A stretch of 64,000 nucleotides of DNA from Caecitellus pseudoparvulus (GCA_965644315.1 CBFFRQ010000042.1:661042-725041), one strand, 5' to 3'; counted from the first letter of the stretch, positions 10,759 through 24,348 are shown. Notes: generated by a model from the sequence alone, not told the origin. Translations and numbers: made by a program.

Positions 10759-13458
10759 ATGATGCCGACCCATTCGCAGCGTCAAGCGTGCGGGCTCGGC
10801 ACCCGCTGGCTGTCTGGTAGGTGCTGCGTTTCCATGGCCAACACACCCTGCAGCGCGCTGGCCTTGTCCACTTGGTACCAGGAGAGCGCATGGTTGTGTG
10901 TGCTCTTCACATCCACACACAACGCTTCTGTGCAGTCTTGCTTGCCCTGTCCTTAGTGAACCTGGCAGCTGCTTGGAGGCAGTGGACGTGGGCAAGTGAC
11001 GGGCCTGCGGCAAGGTCCGGGCACAGCTTCTTGCAGTGGAACAACTCTGCGTTTGTGTTCGGTGGACGGGGCAGCAACATACAGCGCTACCACAACCCCC
11101 GCACGTACGAGGTGGAGCGGGTGGGTGGGGACCTGCAGTTCATCACGTACGACACGCGGCCAACGTTCCCATGCCCGGTCGGCACGCCAGAAGCTGAGTG
11201 CTACAACATCACAGTGGGGCAGCTGTACAATGACCTGTGGGAGTACGACTTGGACTGCTTCAGGTTTGATGACTTCGGCTGCATGTCTCAGGGTTGGAGC
11301 GTTGTCGATGCAGGAGCGCCCATCGGCGGCTGCCGCATTGACACGGGGGAGTACGTGTGCTCCCACCCCAACGAGCGCTATGACCACTCTGCGGCGATCT
11401 TTGACGATGGGACGCTCTTCGTTTATGGCGGCTTCAGCAAGTGGTGCCAGGATTTCTGCAGCGACATGTGGGCGTTCAGCATTCCAGATTGCAAGGACCG
11501 GGGGCTATGCACGTGGCACCAGCTGGCAGACGCCGGCAACGCAGGCCCTGGTCGGCGCTGGCGAGCGACGGTTGTGGGGGATGGCACGCACATGTTCCTC
11601 TTCGGTGGGCACCGCATGTGGCATGGGTTTGGGAAGGACAACACCCGCAGCAACTCGTGGCAATTCTTGGACCAGTTCCCGCTGGGGGGCTACCTGGACG
11701 ACTTGTGGGTATACGAGCACAGCGGCAACGCCAGCCAGCTGGGCAAGTGGCACCAGATCTTGCCCTTGGAGACGTGTCACGACACTCCCGGGCGCTTGTG
11801 GGAGCAGCGGTTTGACATCACCTGCACCATCACGTGGCCCTCGCCGCGGGCGTCAGCTGCGCTGGAGATCGTGGGCGGTGAGTTGTTTCTGCATGGTGGG
11901 TACACTTCATACTACCCCTACCCAGATGCTGACTCAGCGGGAGCAGGCCGAGGTGTGGCTCGAGCCACACAGGACCTGACGTCAGGGCAGCCGTTCGGAG
12001 CCTCCGTGCACTACCTGGGGGACATGTGGGTGTACAACGTGTCCAGTGGCTTGTGGAGGGCCGCACCGGCACAGGGTGCTGCGCGGCCTCCCGCCCGCCG
12101 TGATCACAGCATGGTGCGAGTGCATGACACGCTCATGGTGATCGGTGGCTATCGAAGCAACTTTTACTCGAACGACGTCTGGGTGTACAACTTGACCACG
12201 CAGGAGTGGCTGCTGAAGGACACCTTCCCTCACGCGCTGTACCCGCCTTCCTGCACGTCGGACTCCATCCCGCTGAGTGATGGCACTGATTTTATCCTGT
12301 CCAGATCAGTGCAGGGGCAGCCGACTCGGGGTTTCCCCGTGGATGGCCTTGATGGGCGCGCTTCGGAGCACATCTTCATTGCGCAGGCCCGCCGGCAAGC
12401 CCCCGGGTGGGATGGCTGCCGTGACCGGCACGACGGCCGGGATGACTTGCCGGACGACATGCAAGTGCTGCAGTACTCAGAGCCCGCACAGCGTGCTGGG
12501 CACGGGGCTTTCTTCAGCGGCAAGCACGGCATCGTGCTGGTGCACGGGGGCATTGCATACTTGCAGGAGGAGGCAGACCTGCCCAGCCGCAGCCACGCTT
12601 TCGCCACCACGGGAGACATGTGGCAGTTCAACCTGAATCGATGCATCAAGAACTGCAGCAACCATGGCGTGTGCGCCTTCGGGAGGTGCTTCTGTGACCC
12701 CGGCTACTACGGCTTGGACTGCAGCAACGTGACGTGTCCCGGGGACTTCTGCTACTATGACCCGAGCACCCACGAGCAGGTGTGCAAGCACTGCTGCCAT
12801 GCCACCACACAGCATGAGGCACCTGGCGGGGACAAGCACGTGTACAATGAGCGCAAAGTCGCGTGCGATCACGAGCACCCAGGCGAAAGCCACGGCATTT
12901 GCGACGGCTACGGACAGTGCCAGTGCCGGCCGCCGTTCGTGGGGGAGGACTGCAGCATCCGCGACTGCCCCAATGCGTGCAGTGGGAATGGGTACTGTGC
13001 CGAGGAGTACCCAGTTGGGAGGTGCATTTGTGAGGGGGGCTGGGAAGGCCTGGATTGCTCCACAAGTACGTCGCCGCGCTCGCTCGTCGCCTTGACGCCT
13101 GGACCAACGCTGCACACGCGCCGTCTTCGCAGGGGCATGCTTGAACAACTGCAGTTACCCACAGGGGCAGTGTGTGGATGGCGTGTGCGCCTGTGCGGAC
13201 ATCTTGAACCCGTACAACCGCACCATTGTATGGTCGCAGTACCAAGGCGAGGATTGTTCATACGGTGAGTGCAGCGGCGGCGCTGCAGGCATGCAGCACC
13301 CATCAACGCGCGTCGCTTCACCCTTGCTTCCCCTTCCTGCGGCCACAGTGCTTCCATTCGCAGGCGCCTCAACGGCTCGCCCCGCGGCGGGACTCCTCCT
13401 CGCAGCAGCCGCTTGGTTGGTGATGTGGGCGAGAGGCACCGTTTTAGGCCCGCACTGA
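10759..13458 (+). CDS. Secreted or membrane Kelch-repeat plus EGF-like (tenascin-type) protein, spliced
   Basis: Kelch motifs (RSGHS..FVFGG, RYDHSA..VYGG, RRDHSM..VIGG); EGF repeats CSNHGVC..C.CDPGYYGLDC, CPNACSGNGYC, NNCSYPQGQC; hydrophobic C-terminus; start codon and introns approximate. Confidence 0.8.
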
Positions 13459-13459
13459 C

Positions 13460-14735
13460 TCAGGAGCGCCCAGGCACGCCTGCTTGTTCCGCAGAGCCAT
13501 ACGTGGCGGGTCGCGCTTCGCCGAGGTGGGGCATCAGCTCAGCCACGCCTTGCTTCAGCAAGCTTGCGGCAACTGCCTCGCCCACTGCGACAGCGCCTTC
13601 AATGTAGCTTTCATCAACGCCAGCCACAGTTGCCAAGCCCGTGAAAACCTTCCCCATGGTGGGCACCTCTGGCAAGTCTTGATGTGACTGTGGCAGGGCA
13701 AGGGGTGCCTCGGCTTCCGCAGCCATGCTGCGACTGCCATCCCCAGTCAGCACCCTGGCGCTCAGGGACAGCACCGGGGGGGCGCCATCCTCGCCAGCAG
13801 TCACAGTACTCGTCACTGCCAAGGCAATTTGACAGCCGCCTTCCAGTGCCTTCAGCAAAGCCCGCTCAGCGGCACACCTTGCTGCTGTGGGCGGGTGCTG
13901 CACGCGCTTCATTCGCGCCAGCAAGGTCGCCTGGGCACCAGGTGAGGGTCGCCGGATTTCGATGCCCAGGGCCCCTTGCCCGACGCTGTACCCAAACCAC
14001 GTGCTGGGCAGCTCCTGGGACATGCGAGCGTCCCACCCCAAGCGCTGCATGCCTGCCGATGCCAGGACCAGCGCGTCGTACTGTGGGGCGCCGTCAGCTG
14101 GTGTGTCCAGCTTCGCCATGCGGGTGTTGAGGTTGCCACGGACGTCTTCAATGCACGCTGTGGGGCACAGGTGCTGCAGGAGGGCGGCGCGGCGGACGCT
14201 GGAAGTGCCCAGCACGGCGCCCGACGGCAGTGCGTGCAGCAGGGACGGCGCGCCGTCAGGGCCGGGCACGGCCTGCAGCTGGGCATGGCGGGGGGCCAGC
14301 ACAAGGCAATCCAAAGGGGACTCCCGCTCAGTGATGGCGGCGAGCACCAGGTCATCTGGCAGCGTGGTGGGCACATCCTTCAGCGAGTGCACGACGAGGT
14401 CCACTGCCCCACCGCTCAAGTGCACTTCCAGCTCCTTGGTGAACAAACCTGGCGTCTTGGCCGCCAAAGTTGCCAGGGACTGCCCAAGTTTCTTGTCTCC
14501 AATCGTCTTGGCTGACGTAATGGGGCATTCCATGCCAGGGTGGCGGGCCTGCGCAAGGGGGGAGGGGTGCATCCCGGCGCCATCACTGTACGAAGCGCGT
14601 TGACATCCGCACCTGCAGAAGGCCCTGCACATGCCTGGCTTGCACCATGGCCAGATCGGACGAACGGGATCCGATGCGCAGGGTCTGATCACCTGCAAGG
14701 CTTGTCTCTGCGCTTGCAGAGGTGTCGGCAGCCAT
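13460..14735 (-). CDS. HMBS: Hydroxymethylbilane synthase (porphobilinogen deaminase), one short intron near 14550-14610
   Basis: LRIGSRSSDLAMVQA in the first exon, IGDK, GLFTKELE, DLVVHSLKDVPT, GTSSVRR, RGNLNTR, GQGALG, LEGGC. Confidence 0.95.
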
Positions 14736-15130
14736 GTCCGCGTTTCACCTGCGTTTTTGACGGGTGCGGATTGATGTGTTCTGTGCCTGGCAGGCCCTGT
14801 CTGGGCTAGCGGAGGGAGCAGGAAGGAGAGTATCTGGTGCAGATAAAAGTGCTCTGGAGGCGTGGTTGGGCAAAGTGGAGGGCACTTGAATTTGCCGTGC
14901 CAGAGCTGGACCGAGAAGTGACTGCACGCGGCCGAGAAATCCACCTGCCTGGGCGTGGCAAGGGAGGGGGGGTGCTTGAGTCCCCAAGGCTCTGCAACTC
15001 GCATGCACAAACGAACTCTGCACACAGTTGGATCTCCCTGAGCAGCAACACAGCATTCGCAGCGACAGGGCATGCACTGCCAGGGCTGTTGGCAGGACCG
15101 GCGCCGTTCCACACCAGCAGCACACGCACC

Positions 15131-16301
15131 ATGGCACTGAAGCGTGCCGTGTACGAGTTGGGCCGCATGGCCAGGGAAACAGGGCAGGCCCTGGACAAGG
15201 TGGGATTGAAGGTCCTGAACAAGCCTGTGTTCAAGGAGTCCTGTGCGTGTCCGCCGCCGTGGCGTCGGGATGCGTGCGGCACTGCACCAGCTCTCGTGAA
15301 TGCCCGCCCTGCAGTCAGCCGCCACCGCGCGGTGATGAACCTGTACGAGCACCACCCAGACGTCTCCGTGGACGCGTTTGTGGCCCCCAATGCGTCTGTG
15401 GTGGGCAACGTTTTCATCGGCATGCGGGCGTCAGTGTGGTATGGCGCAGTGCTCCGAGGTGAGGAGGGCTGCTAGCGCTCATGGCGGCGGCGGCAGCGGC
15501 TCAAGACCCACACACCCTTGCTGCTGCGCAGGCGACATGAACCACATCCAGATTGCTCCTTTCGCCAGCGTGGGCGACCGCGCCGTCATCCACACCAGCA
15601 AGTCTGTGGAGGGCAAACCCGCTGCCGTGGTCAAGATCGGCAGCCATGCTGTCATTGGTGAGTGCTGGCTCTTGGCAGTGCTGGTCTGGTCCTGGCTAGT
15701 AGTGTTTGCATGTGTGACTGGCCGGTTCGCACGTTGCGCGGGGCAGGGGCCCACGCAGGCGGCAGGGTCGGCCTTTGCTGGTGTGCTGATTCCGCACTTG
15801 GCCAGCGCCGCACTGTACGCTGCACTCACGCTGCACCCGCCCGCGAGCACAGGCCCTGGTGCACTGATTCAGAGTGCAACCATTGAGAACCACGCTGTTG
15901 TGGGCGCTGGCGCCATCATCATGGAGGGAGCCGTCGTGGAGGAGTATGCGCGTGTGGCAGAGGGCGCAGTGGTGCACCCTGGCCGCCGCGTGCCCAAGGG
16001 CCAGCTGTGGGGTGGCAACCCCGCCGTGTTTGTCCGCAACCTGACGAAGACAGAAATGGCGCACCATGCAGTGGACGCGGAGGCCGGCGCTGACTTGGCT
16101 GCCGAGCACAAGGCAGAGTTCCTGCCCGCCAACACTGCCTACCTGCAGGCGGAGGCGCTGGGCGTGCCAGCAGCCTCCCTGCCTGAGGCGCGGGACCTCA
16201 GCCCGACACAGGTGGAGGTGGAAGGCCTCATCCGCCCTGCAGCGGGCCTGCACCCTCCCAAGGACAAGGACTGGGCAGACATGACCACTGCCCAGCGGTG
16301 A
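15131..16301 (+). CDS. Gamma carbonic anhydrase-like subunit of mitochondrial complex I (about 3 introns)
   Basis: LGRMARETGQALDKVG, SRHRAVMNL, FVAPNASVVGNV, SVWYGAVLRGD, hexapeptide repeats, LWGGNPAVFVRNL. Confidence 0.9.
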
Positions 16302-16338
16302 GCTGCCGCCCCCCTCCGCGACAAGAATGCATTCCCCC

Positions 16339-18505
16339 TCACTTCTTCTTGCCCTTCTTCTTGCCCTTCTTCCGGCGCTTCTCGCGCTTCTGCCTCTCCA
16401 GCTCCATGCCAGTCACGCGCACCACCTCCGTGTCCCGTGCAGCATCCACCTGCTCCGCTGCCTGCCCGGCAATGGCCAGGGCACGCTCAATCAGCGCCTC
16501 CGCGCTGCCCTGCTCCGCCGCGCGCTGAGCCGTCCTGGTCATGCCTGCGATGGCCCGCTTCCACCTGCGCAGGTGCACCATCTGGGGCGACGCCTGGGGC
16601 ATGGGCTTGGGCGCCTCTTCCTCGGCGCCTTTCTTGGGAGCCTTGCCACCGCGAGGCGCCCGGGCGCCCTTCTTGCGGGGCGCCTCCTCCTCCTCCTCAG
16701 ACAGGTACCCCGCAGCCAGCCAGGCGTCCCCTGCAGGGTCCAGCGCCGCGTCGTACTCCTGCCCTGGCGGCCACGTGTCCCCTGCGCCGAACACCTCCTC
16801 CCCCTCCTTGCCCTCCCCGTCATCCGCCGCACCTGACCCCGGCGCCAGCCGTGCGAAGCGTGGGTACGCCGCGGCATCGTCTGACGCCAGCTCCTGGGCC
16901 AGCTGCTCGTACTGCGCCTGCAGCGTCTGCAGCTCCTGCATCTCATCCGTCAACTGCACCTCCACGGTGAGGCGGGAGTGCACTGTAGCAGCCTCGGCAG
17001 CCAGGGCCGGCTGCACGCCCATCGCCTTGGCTGCCGCCAGGCTCTCTGCGAGGGCGGCGATGTCCCCATCGTGGCCGTGTGTGGCTGTGGGGATGGCACG
17101 CCCGACGGCCACCGCGTCGGCCAGTCTGATCTCGTTCAGCGCCGCCACCAGCGCACGGCGGGCGACGCCCAGCGCTGCGACGCCCACCCCTGCCGCCCCA
17201 GCCGCTGACAGCGCCGTGGACAAGCTCTCAGCCTGCGCCACGCCCTCCAGCGGCCGCTGGGCAGTGACCTGCACCACAGCTCGCTTGAGGTCCAGCCAGG
17301 CGTGGGCACGGGCCAGTGCCTGCCGGCCAGCAGCGATGAGCTTCACAGACGCGCGCAGCTCCCGTGCCTTGTCCAGGGCCGCCAGCAAGCCCGGCACCGC
17401 GTGCTCGTCCAGCTCCTCCACGACAGCGGCGAGGCCAAAGTCGGAGGGCGGCTCGCCGCTGCCCTGCAGGGGGCCGCCCGCGTGAATCACCTCCACCTCG
17501 GGGCTCTCCTCGTCGGCGCCAGGCAGGGCGCCTGCGTCGGCGCCACCCTCAGAGGCAGGCTGCATGGCAGCCTCCAGCGCGCTCTCCGCGTCCCCCACCT
17601 GGTACTCGATCTCCGTGTAAAAACGCACCGGCATGAGGGTGTCGTCCCCGTGAGCTGCTGACGCGTGCACGGGGATGATGCGGCTGATGCACTCGTCCGA
17701 GTACATCTTGCGCGTGGAGTGGCACAGGTGCCGCAGGTCGTGGGGCCCGAACTCGTCGCCCGTCCCCGCGCACGTGCGCTGCTGCATGGCCTTGCCCAGC
17801 AGGGCAGACACGTCGGGCTGGGTGGCCAAGTCTGCTGCGGTGTTGCCGTGGTAGTTGCGGGCGTGCAGGTCCACCCCAGCGTGCAGCAGGGACGTCACGC
17901 AGTCTGTGTGCCCCCCAGCCGCGGCCAGGTGCAAGGCGGTGTTGCCGTACGTGTCCACGTCTGTCGTGCTGAGCTGGGCATTCAACAGCAGCCACACGCA
18001 CTTCAAGTGGCCCTTGTACGCTGCCCACAGCAAGGGGGAATTCAGCTGTCGCCGGCTGCCCACACCACCTTCACCTGCAGCTTCGGCGGCAGCCGCCGTC
18101 GTCTCCAGCATGTCTTCAGGCAAAGCCTTGAACTCTTCCCCAGCTCCAACATCAAGCAGGCGTTGCACAATCTGCCAGAGAGCAGGTGCCGGGGTGTGCG
18201 AGACGGGTAGCTCCTGAAGCGCTGCCGGGCCGAGCTGAGGTCGTGCTCACCTCATGGTGCCCGTAAAAAGACGCCCACAGCAGCGGGTTCCAGTGCTTCT
18301 CGTCCCGGAAGCAGGGGTCGGCGCCTTGTTCCAAGGCTTCAGACAACTTCATGGCGTCATTCTGGACAACGGCGGTGGCCAGCGAGTGGTTCAGCTCCTC
18401 GGCTGTCAGGGAAGGCTTGCTGTCTGACACTCCCAGCAACCCCGCCTCAGGCAGGGACTCCAGCTCCTCATCCTCCTCTGCAATGGTCATGCCAGTGGCC
18501 GACAT
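16339..18505 (-). CDS. Ankyrin-repeat protein (spliced)
   Basis: NPLLWASFYGH, SPLLWAAYKGHLKCV, GNTALHLAAAGGH, GNTAADLA; Lys-rich C-terminus. Confidence 0.85.
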
Positions 18506-18743
18506 GGTGTCCTGGCATGCTGATGCGGGGTCTTCCACCCTTCCAGGGACCGGGTGAAGCTCGCCACGCTGCGTCCTCAGGCTGCGGGATTCTGGCTTTG
18601 CGCACACATTGCTCCTGGCACGGCATCAGCGGCCAGCACATCCTCCCGTTTTGACTCTGCCCACAGCAGCGGCGCCAGCAGCGCCCAAAGCAGCCCCACG
18701 TGCTGTCTCTGTGGGCACCCCCCTGCTGCTCGCCGTGCCTTCC

Positions 18744-19958
18744 ATGGAAGCGACGCCGGGCAGTCGCCCGACGTTTCATAGCGTTTCATGTGGCTCGCTG
18801 CGCATTCCACGCGGGCCTGCTGTCTGCATCACTGCTTTTCTCGTGGGTTTGACGGGTGCCGTGGTGCTGATTGGAATTACACTGTGGGTTGTGCTGCATT
18901 TCGTGCTCCCCTCTTGGCCCCTCGTCGCGGCAAGCCCTCCACGCTTGCTGCCTCCACTCCCGCCACAGTTTCGCGGCTGCTCAGAACGGCTTCCATGGCT
19001 CCCTCTCCCTGCCCATGAGCATCGCTGAGCTGCAAGGCATGACAGAAGCAATCCAAGGGCTCATGGATGCGGCGCCGCTTCTGAGTGTCCTCAGCTTCGC
19101 GTGGCTGTACTGCTTTGTGCAGGTGCGGCGGCCCGAGCAATGCTGCGCTTGCACTCCCTGACACCCCTGCCCCTCTCCCTCGCACGGCAGACATTCGCCA
19201 TTCCTGGCAGCTTCCTGCTGAACATCCTGGCTGGCGCCCACCTCGGCGTGCTGCCGGCTCTCCTCGTGGTGGCCATGGCTGCAGCCAGCGGAGCGACGTG
19301 CTGCTACGCACTCAGCTTCGCTGCGGGGCAGGGCGTCATGCAGCACCCTTGGCTGGTGTCTCGCGTGGCAGCCATTCGAGCTGCCGTCGTGCGGGCCAAG
19401 GCCTCCGGGTCGCTGTTCTGGTACCTGCTGTCCCTGCGCCTGCTGCCCGTCACGCCCAACTACATCGTGAACATCAGCAGTCCCTGGGTGGGCGTGCCGC
19501 CAGCCATGTTCTGGCTCACCATGGCTGTGGGCCTCACCCCCTACAACTACGCCACCGTCGCAGCAGGCGCCGCGTTGGGCGACCTGCGCCCAGACTTTGC
19601 TGTCATGGACGTGTGGCTGTTCCTCAAGCTGACCAGCATCGCCGGTGCGGCCTTGGTGCCCACCCTGTGCATTTCCCGAGTGCGGCGACTGGCAGGCACG
19701 CCAGAGGCGGGGGATGGCCAGGCAGCCACCGGCGTGGAGGCAGAGGGGGGCGACTTGCCACGGCCCCGGCGGGCACGGACTGCCGATGCGGAGCGGCCCC
19801 CCACTGACTTCCTCCCAGGTGCGTCAGGCTCAGACGTGCTGGGTGGCGTTGGCTTCCAATGTGACGAGGCCTTCATGGGCGTGCGGGTGGGGCAGTGGCG
19901 CGTCGGCGTGAGCCGGGCGACAGGGCCCGCTGCCCCAGCCCGCCCAGTGCCGGTGTAG
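18744..19958 (+). CDS. TMEM41: TMEM41-like DedA/VTT-domain (SNARE-associated) membrane protein, spliced
   Basis: QTFAIPGSFLLNILAGA, GATCCYALS, YLLSLRLLPVTPNYIVNISSP. Confidence 0.85.
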
Positions 19959-19970
19959 GGGCAGGCAAGC

Positions 19971-21019
19971 TCAAGACGCGGCGAAGCCACGACTCGTGGC
20001 CTCTGTCGGCATCATGACGCCAGCACGAGTGATGGCGAAGGGCAGTCGCACGCGGGGCGCGCTGGGGCACTTGGCCACGACGACCTCCCGCGTGGAGCCG
20101 GTGGTGTCCAGGAGCAGGCGAGTGTTCACTGCGTGGGACCAGGCAACGCCGAGGGTGGGCGACAGTTCCCCGCCCGCGCGCGTGTGAGCGAGGTTCGTCA
20201 CCAACACGGCGAAGGCGAAGTGCTCGGCCAGGGTTTTGAGGGCTGTGGCGGCGGCCATCAGCGCCTCTTGCCGGGCGACGTGGCCTTCGTCTGCCTTGAC
20301 CGCCCCGGCAATGCTGTCCACGACGACCAGGGCGACGTCAGACTGCAGCACCATGCCTTCCAGTGTGGACAGGACGCCCAGAAAGGCCGGCGCGTCTGTG
20401 GCTGTGAGGATGTGCAGGCGGCGCAAGGCAGAGGCAGCTGCCGCGCCGGCGTCAGCGACGCCGTCAGCAGCCAGCCGTGCCATGGCCATGCGCTCCAGCA
20501 GCTGGGGGCTGAGCTTCCCCTCAGTTTCGATGTACACCACTTCTGTCGCCTCGTGCCCCGGGGCCAACAAGACGGACAGGGCGGTGCTCATGCACCACTG
20601 GGACTTGCCGGCGCCACTGGTGCCAGCCAGCTCCGTCAAGCTGCCGAAGGCGAAGCCATCCCCCAGCACGGCGTCGAGCATTGGGAGGGGTGTGCGCACG
20701 GAATGCGGCTGGGATTTGTACTTGTGCAGCAAATCGGCGGCCTGTGCACCCGTGCAAGTGCAGACAGGGGCGGGCAGGTGGCTCAAACGACGGGCGAAAC
20801 GCGGGGCCGAAACGCACGCACCGACACGACTGGAGGGCAAACTGCAGCTGCCACAGTGCCAAGAGCAGATGCTGCACCGGTGCATGTCAGCTTGGCAGAC
20901 ACCTTCATCATGTCCAGCACGCGGAGGTGCAGGGCATCTTCACACGTTGTGCATCCTGCGCCCAGCAAGTCCGTGACAAGTTCTTGCGGGAGCCCGGCCC
21001 GGCGCACGCTGCGCGCCAT
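19971..21019 (-). CDS. RAD51B: RAD51 paralog, most similar to RAD51B (spliced)
   Basis: Walker A GTSGAGKSQ, VVYIETEG, Walker B LVVVDSIA, VLVTN, and LGVAWSHAVNTRL (RAD51B-type C-terminal motif). Confidence 0.75.
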
Positions 21020-21070
21020 GGGTACGGCAGCGGGCTGCGAACATGTACATTGGCCGCCTTGAGCACCAGG

Positions 21071-22573
21071 TTATGATGGAGGTGGCAGGGCAGTTGTGAG
21101 CAGGAGGCCGGAAAGCGCCCCCTCCTGTGCTGGCAACGGCGCCGCTGGCGCGTGGCCCAAGCGCCCCTTCACTCTGCCCCGCCCCGGCCGCCCCCTGCTG
21201 GCACGCTCCCGGACACCCCCTCCCAGAACAGCCCGACCTCCGATGCTCAAGGGGGCTGTGCTGGGCACTGTGGCCTCCATGGGTGCTGTGGTGGCGCGCG
21301 CAGGTTCAGCTCGTGGCGTGCGCCGCCTCGGCACCAGGCCCGGGAACACCGCACACCCACACTGGCCGCAGGCGTTGCTGGCCATGACGCTGCCTGCCAG
21401 ACACGAAGCATGGGCCGCGTGGCCACACGGCAGGGCCCGCATTCCCCCACCTTCCCGGCTGCACAGTGCACAGGCAACCCTCCCAGCAGCCTCGCCCAGG
21501 CAACGCTGCACGAGGAATTCAGGCAAGGACACCTCAGGCGCCGTCGCGCCGTACCCGTCCAGCTGCAGGAGCAAGTCATAGTCTGCAGCTTGCAGGTCAC
21601 GCCCTTGCAGCGCGAGCAGGGCCTGGCGTGCCTGGGCGGCAGCCGCTTCCTGCTCTGCTTGGCGCGTCGCCGGCGCCCAAGAGGCACTGATGCCGCCAGC
21701 CTGTGCCCGCCGCGGAGGGGCGCTGCTGCACGCAAACGTGTGGTGTGCATGCTTCCCTTTGTGGAAGCACCGGGCGCAGAGGTCCACAGGTGCCTCGGTG
21801 GGGCACTGCGCGCAGCGGTAGCGGCAGCCGTACAACGGGCTGGTGCCGCAGGCACTGCACTTGGTGTGAGGGTGCACGCCCTTGGGCCGCCGCTTGGAGC
21901 CAGCCCTGCGAGCTGCCAGCAACATGTCTTCCACTTGGGCGGGGCTGCCCAGCGCAGCGCGGCACAGGGGGCACGCCACCACCACCTCCCGCCCCGCCGC
22001 CGCGTGCCGAGCCAGGGACAGCACGCACTGCCCATGCATGCTCTTGCCACAGCCCGCCTTGCACCACGTCAAGTGCTGGTCGATGGTCATGTCATCCAGA
22101 CAAATGGGACATGTCTCCCCGTCCTCCAGAGGCCGCCTGGCATGGCCGCTGGCGTGCCGGCGCGCGGCCTTCCCCGAGACTGGACCACCTGCGCCTGCCG
22201 GACCCCTGCCTGCGCGGCTCCCCCGCGCTTCGTACGCTAAGATGCGCTCCAGCGCTGCGTCAGGCAAACCTGCGCCTGACAGAGCCTCTTTGTCGTCCTC
22301 TGGTACCTTGAGCACGCGCCGCAACATGGAGAGCAGGTGTTGGCAGGGGCGGTCAGGTGAGCCACATGAGCTGCAGATGTGTCTTTGGCCAACCTGCACC
22401 TTGACAGAATCACGGACTTCACTGCCAGCTACCTTCACCAGGGTCGCAGCAAGGGGGCCTTGACGCCGCTTCAGTATGAAGGATGCGCTTGGGTCCTGCC
22501 TGCGCAGCGCGAAATGACGGGCGTGCCGGCGTAACGGCAGCGAAACGCCTGGCCTGAGCACGCACGCGGCCAT
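21071..22573 (-). CDS. SWIM + RING + ZZ + RING E3 ubiquitin ligase (ZSWIM2/MEKK1-like architecture)
   Basis: SWIM CSSC..PCQHL, RING CPICLDDM..CKAGCGKSMH..C..CPLCR, ZZ CSAC..RYRCAQC..DLCARC..H.HH, degenerate second RING LPCGHAAH. Confidence 0.85.
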   Translation of the reverse strand: MAACVLRPGVSLPLRRHARHFALRRQDPSASFILKRRQGPLAATLVKVAGSEVRDSVKVQVGQRHICSSCGSPDRPCQHLLSMLRRVLKVPEDDKEALSGAGLPDAALERILAYEARGSRAGRGPAGAGGPVSGKAARRHASGHARRPLEDGETCPICLDDMTIDQHLTWCKAGCGKSMHGQCVLSLARHAAAGREVVVACPLCRAALGSPAQVEDMLLAARRAGSKRRPKGVHPHTKCSACGTSPLYGCRYRCAQCPTEAPVDLCARCFHKGKHAHHTFACSSAPPRRAQAGGISASWAPATRQAEQEAAAAQARQALLALQGRDLQAADYDLLLQLDGYGATAPEVSLPEFLVQRCLGEAAGRVACALCSREGGGMRALPCGHAAHASCLAGSVMASNACGQCGCAVFPGLVPRRRTPRAEPARATTAPMEATVPSTAPLSIGGRAVLGGGVRERASRGRPGRGRVKGRLGHAPAAPLPAQEGALSGLLLTTALPPPS

Positions 22574-22829
22574 CCTTGCCGCCTGCCACTCAACCACGGC
22601 AGCTGGAGCCCGATTTAAACGTTTCCGTCTTGCTTGGCGTCTCAGTGGCCATAAGGACAGCTGGACGCGCCCTCAGGCATGGGCTTGGGGGGCAGGTTGG
22701 CCTGCGTGTCGCTCCCCACACTGATGTACACTTGCGGAGAATGAAATAAATCCAAGGGCTTGCATCATTCCTTCGTTGGGTCAATGATGTACTTGAGTAA
22801 ATTTTGCACTGGTGCACCCCCTCTCCACC

Positions 22830-24132
22830 ATGCTGAAACGAAGCGTGCTGCTGAGCCTGGCAGCGCTGCTGCACAGTGTGCTGCCGCAATGCACTGCACA
22901 AACATCGGCATGGAGCGAGCTGCAAGCAGCATCGCCGCCATCACCGCGCAGTGGCATGTCAGGCGCAATGGTGCAGGGGCGCCTCATCGTCTTTGGGGGC
23001 TGCTCGTCCTCTTGCTGCTATGGTGAGGCCCCGGCGTGGTGGCGACTCCACCTCTGACGTGGCGTGTGCAGAGCGTACGACAGCCCCCAGCACTGCACGC
23101 AGCACGCTTCCCCGCTCACAGCCCCTCTCTCGGACACATGGGTGTTTGATCCTTCACACCCAGCAAGCTGGGCTCGCATCACGACCGGTGAGCGCGAGAT
23201 CCCACCTGCCCGAGTGTACCACACCGCAGTGGCAGGTGCACACACCGACTACCTCGTCTTTGGTGGCTCCAGCGTGTCGGCGGGCTTCCTCAGTGACTTG
23301 TGGCAGCTGAACGTGACCGGGCCTGCAACGGGCCTGTGGCAGCGAGTGCTGCCCAAGCCCGGGGAGCGCCCTCCTCCGCGCGCAGGCCACACTGCTGCAC
23401 TCTGGGAAGGCCGCATGGTGGTGTTTGGGGGGAGGAATTCCGAGTCAGTGCTGAATGACGTGTGGGTGTATGATGTGGAGGCAAGTGAATGGAGCCAAGC
23501 GCATGCTGGTGGCGCTGCATGCTCGGCAGCTGGCTCCTGCCCATCTCCCCGGACAAACCACGCAGCTGTGCTGCTGGAAGGTGCGTGCTCAGCTCGCGCA
23601 TCATTGTGCAAACAGCCACATAGCCCCCTGTTTTTCATGCCTCGCAGGGGACCTCCTGTTGGTGAACGGTGGCAGCAGCGCAGACGGTACCGACTTGAAT
23701 GACTCATGGCTCCTGCACCTGCCCAGCAGCACGTGGACGCCAGCTCCCTCCATCGCCTCCCCTGCACCTCGGCACGGGCATGCCATGTGGTCTACAGCCT
23801 CGCTGGAGGGCGCGGTGTTGTACGGCGGCCAGGCTGGCACCCTGCCTTCCTCGCCGTTTTGGGGCGACACGTGGGCCTGGTGTGCCAGCAAGGCGGGCAG
23901 CCTTCGGGGCGGCATGGGTGCCCTGGGCTCGTGGGTCAAGGTGCAGAATGCTTCCTATGCCCCGCACGGTGGCGCCCCACAGCCAAGGGCGTACGTCGCA
24001 GCAGCAGGAGCTGCCGGGCGAAACTTGTTGTTTGGCGGCTTCTCTGGGTATCAAGGGGGCCTGAACGACGAGTTGCATCAGGACACGTGGGCGTTGAATG
24101 CTTCCTCTATTCTCAAGCGGGCATGTCTGTGA
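22830..24132 (+). CDS. Secreted Kelch-repeat protein (spliced)
   Basis: Signal-peptide-like start MLKRSVLLSLAALL; Kelch motifs PRSG..VFGG, RVYHTA..VFGG, RAGHTA..VFGG, PRHGHA..LYGG. Confidence 0.8.
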
Positions 24133-24348
24133 TCGGCGGGTGCACTGCTGGCGCCAGGTGGGGAGCGCCAGTGTCTCTCATGAGCCTCAAATCGTCTCTC
24201 CCAGCAGCTCACATTCCACAGTCCGCGGTGCTCCGGGCTGTAAGGCTATGCCTAGGTATTTGAATGCACGTGTTGATCCTGGCAGTGGATCTGCACCTGC
24301 AGCAAACGTGTGCTGGAGCTTGCTGCGCGGGGCAGTTCACCGGCGCTC

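Noticed and set aside
19971-22573. RAD51 paralog plus SWIM gene as a Shu-complex-like cluster
   Set aside because: The SWIM protein has ZSWIM2-like RING/ZZ domains rather than the small SWS1 form; adjacency is expected in such a compact genome.
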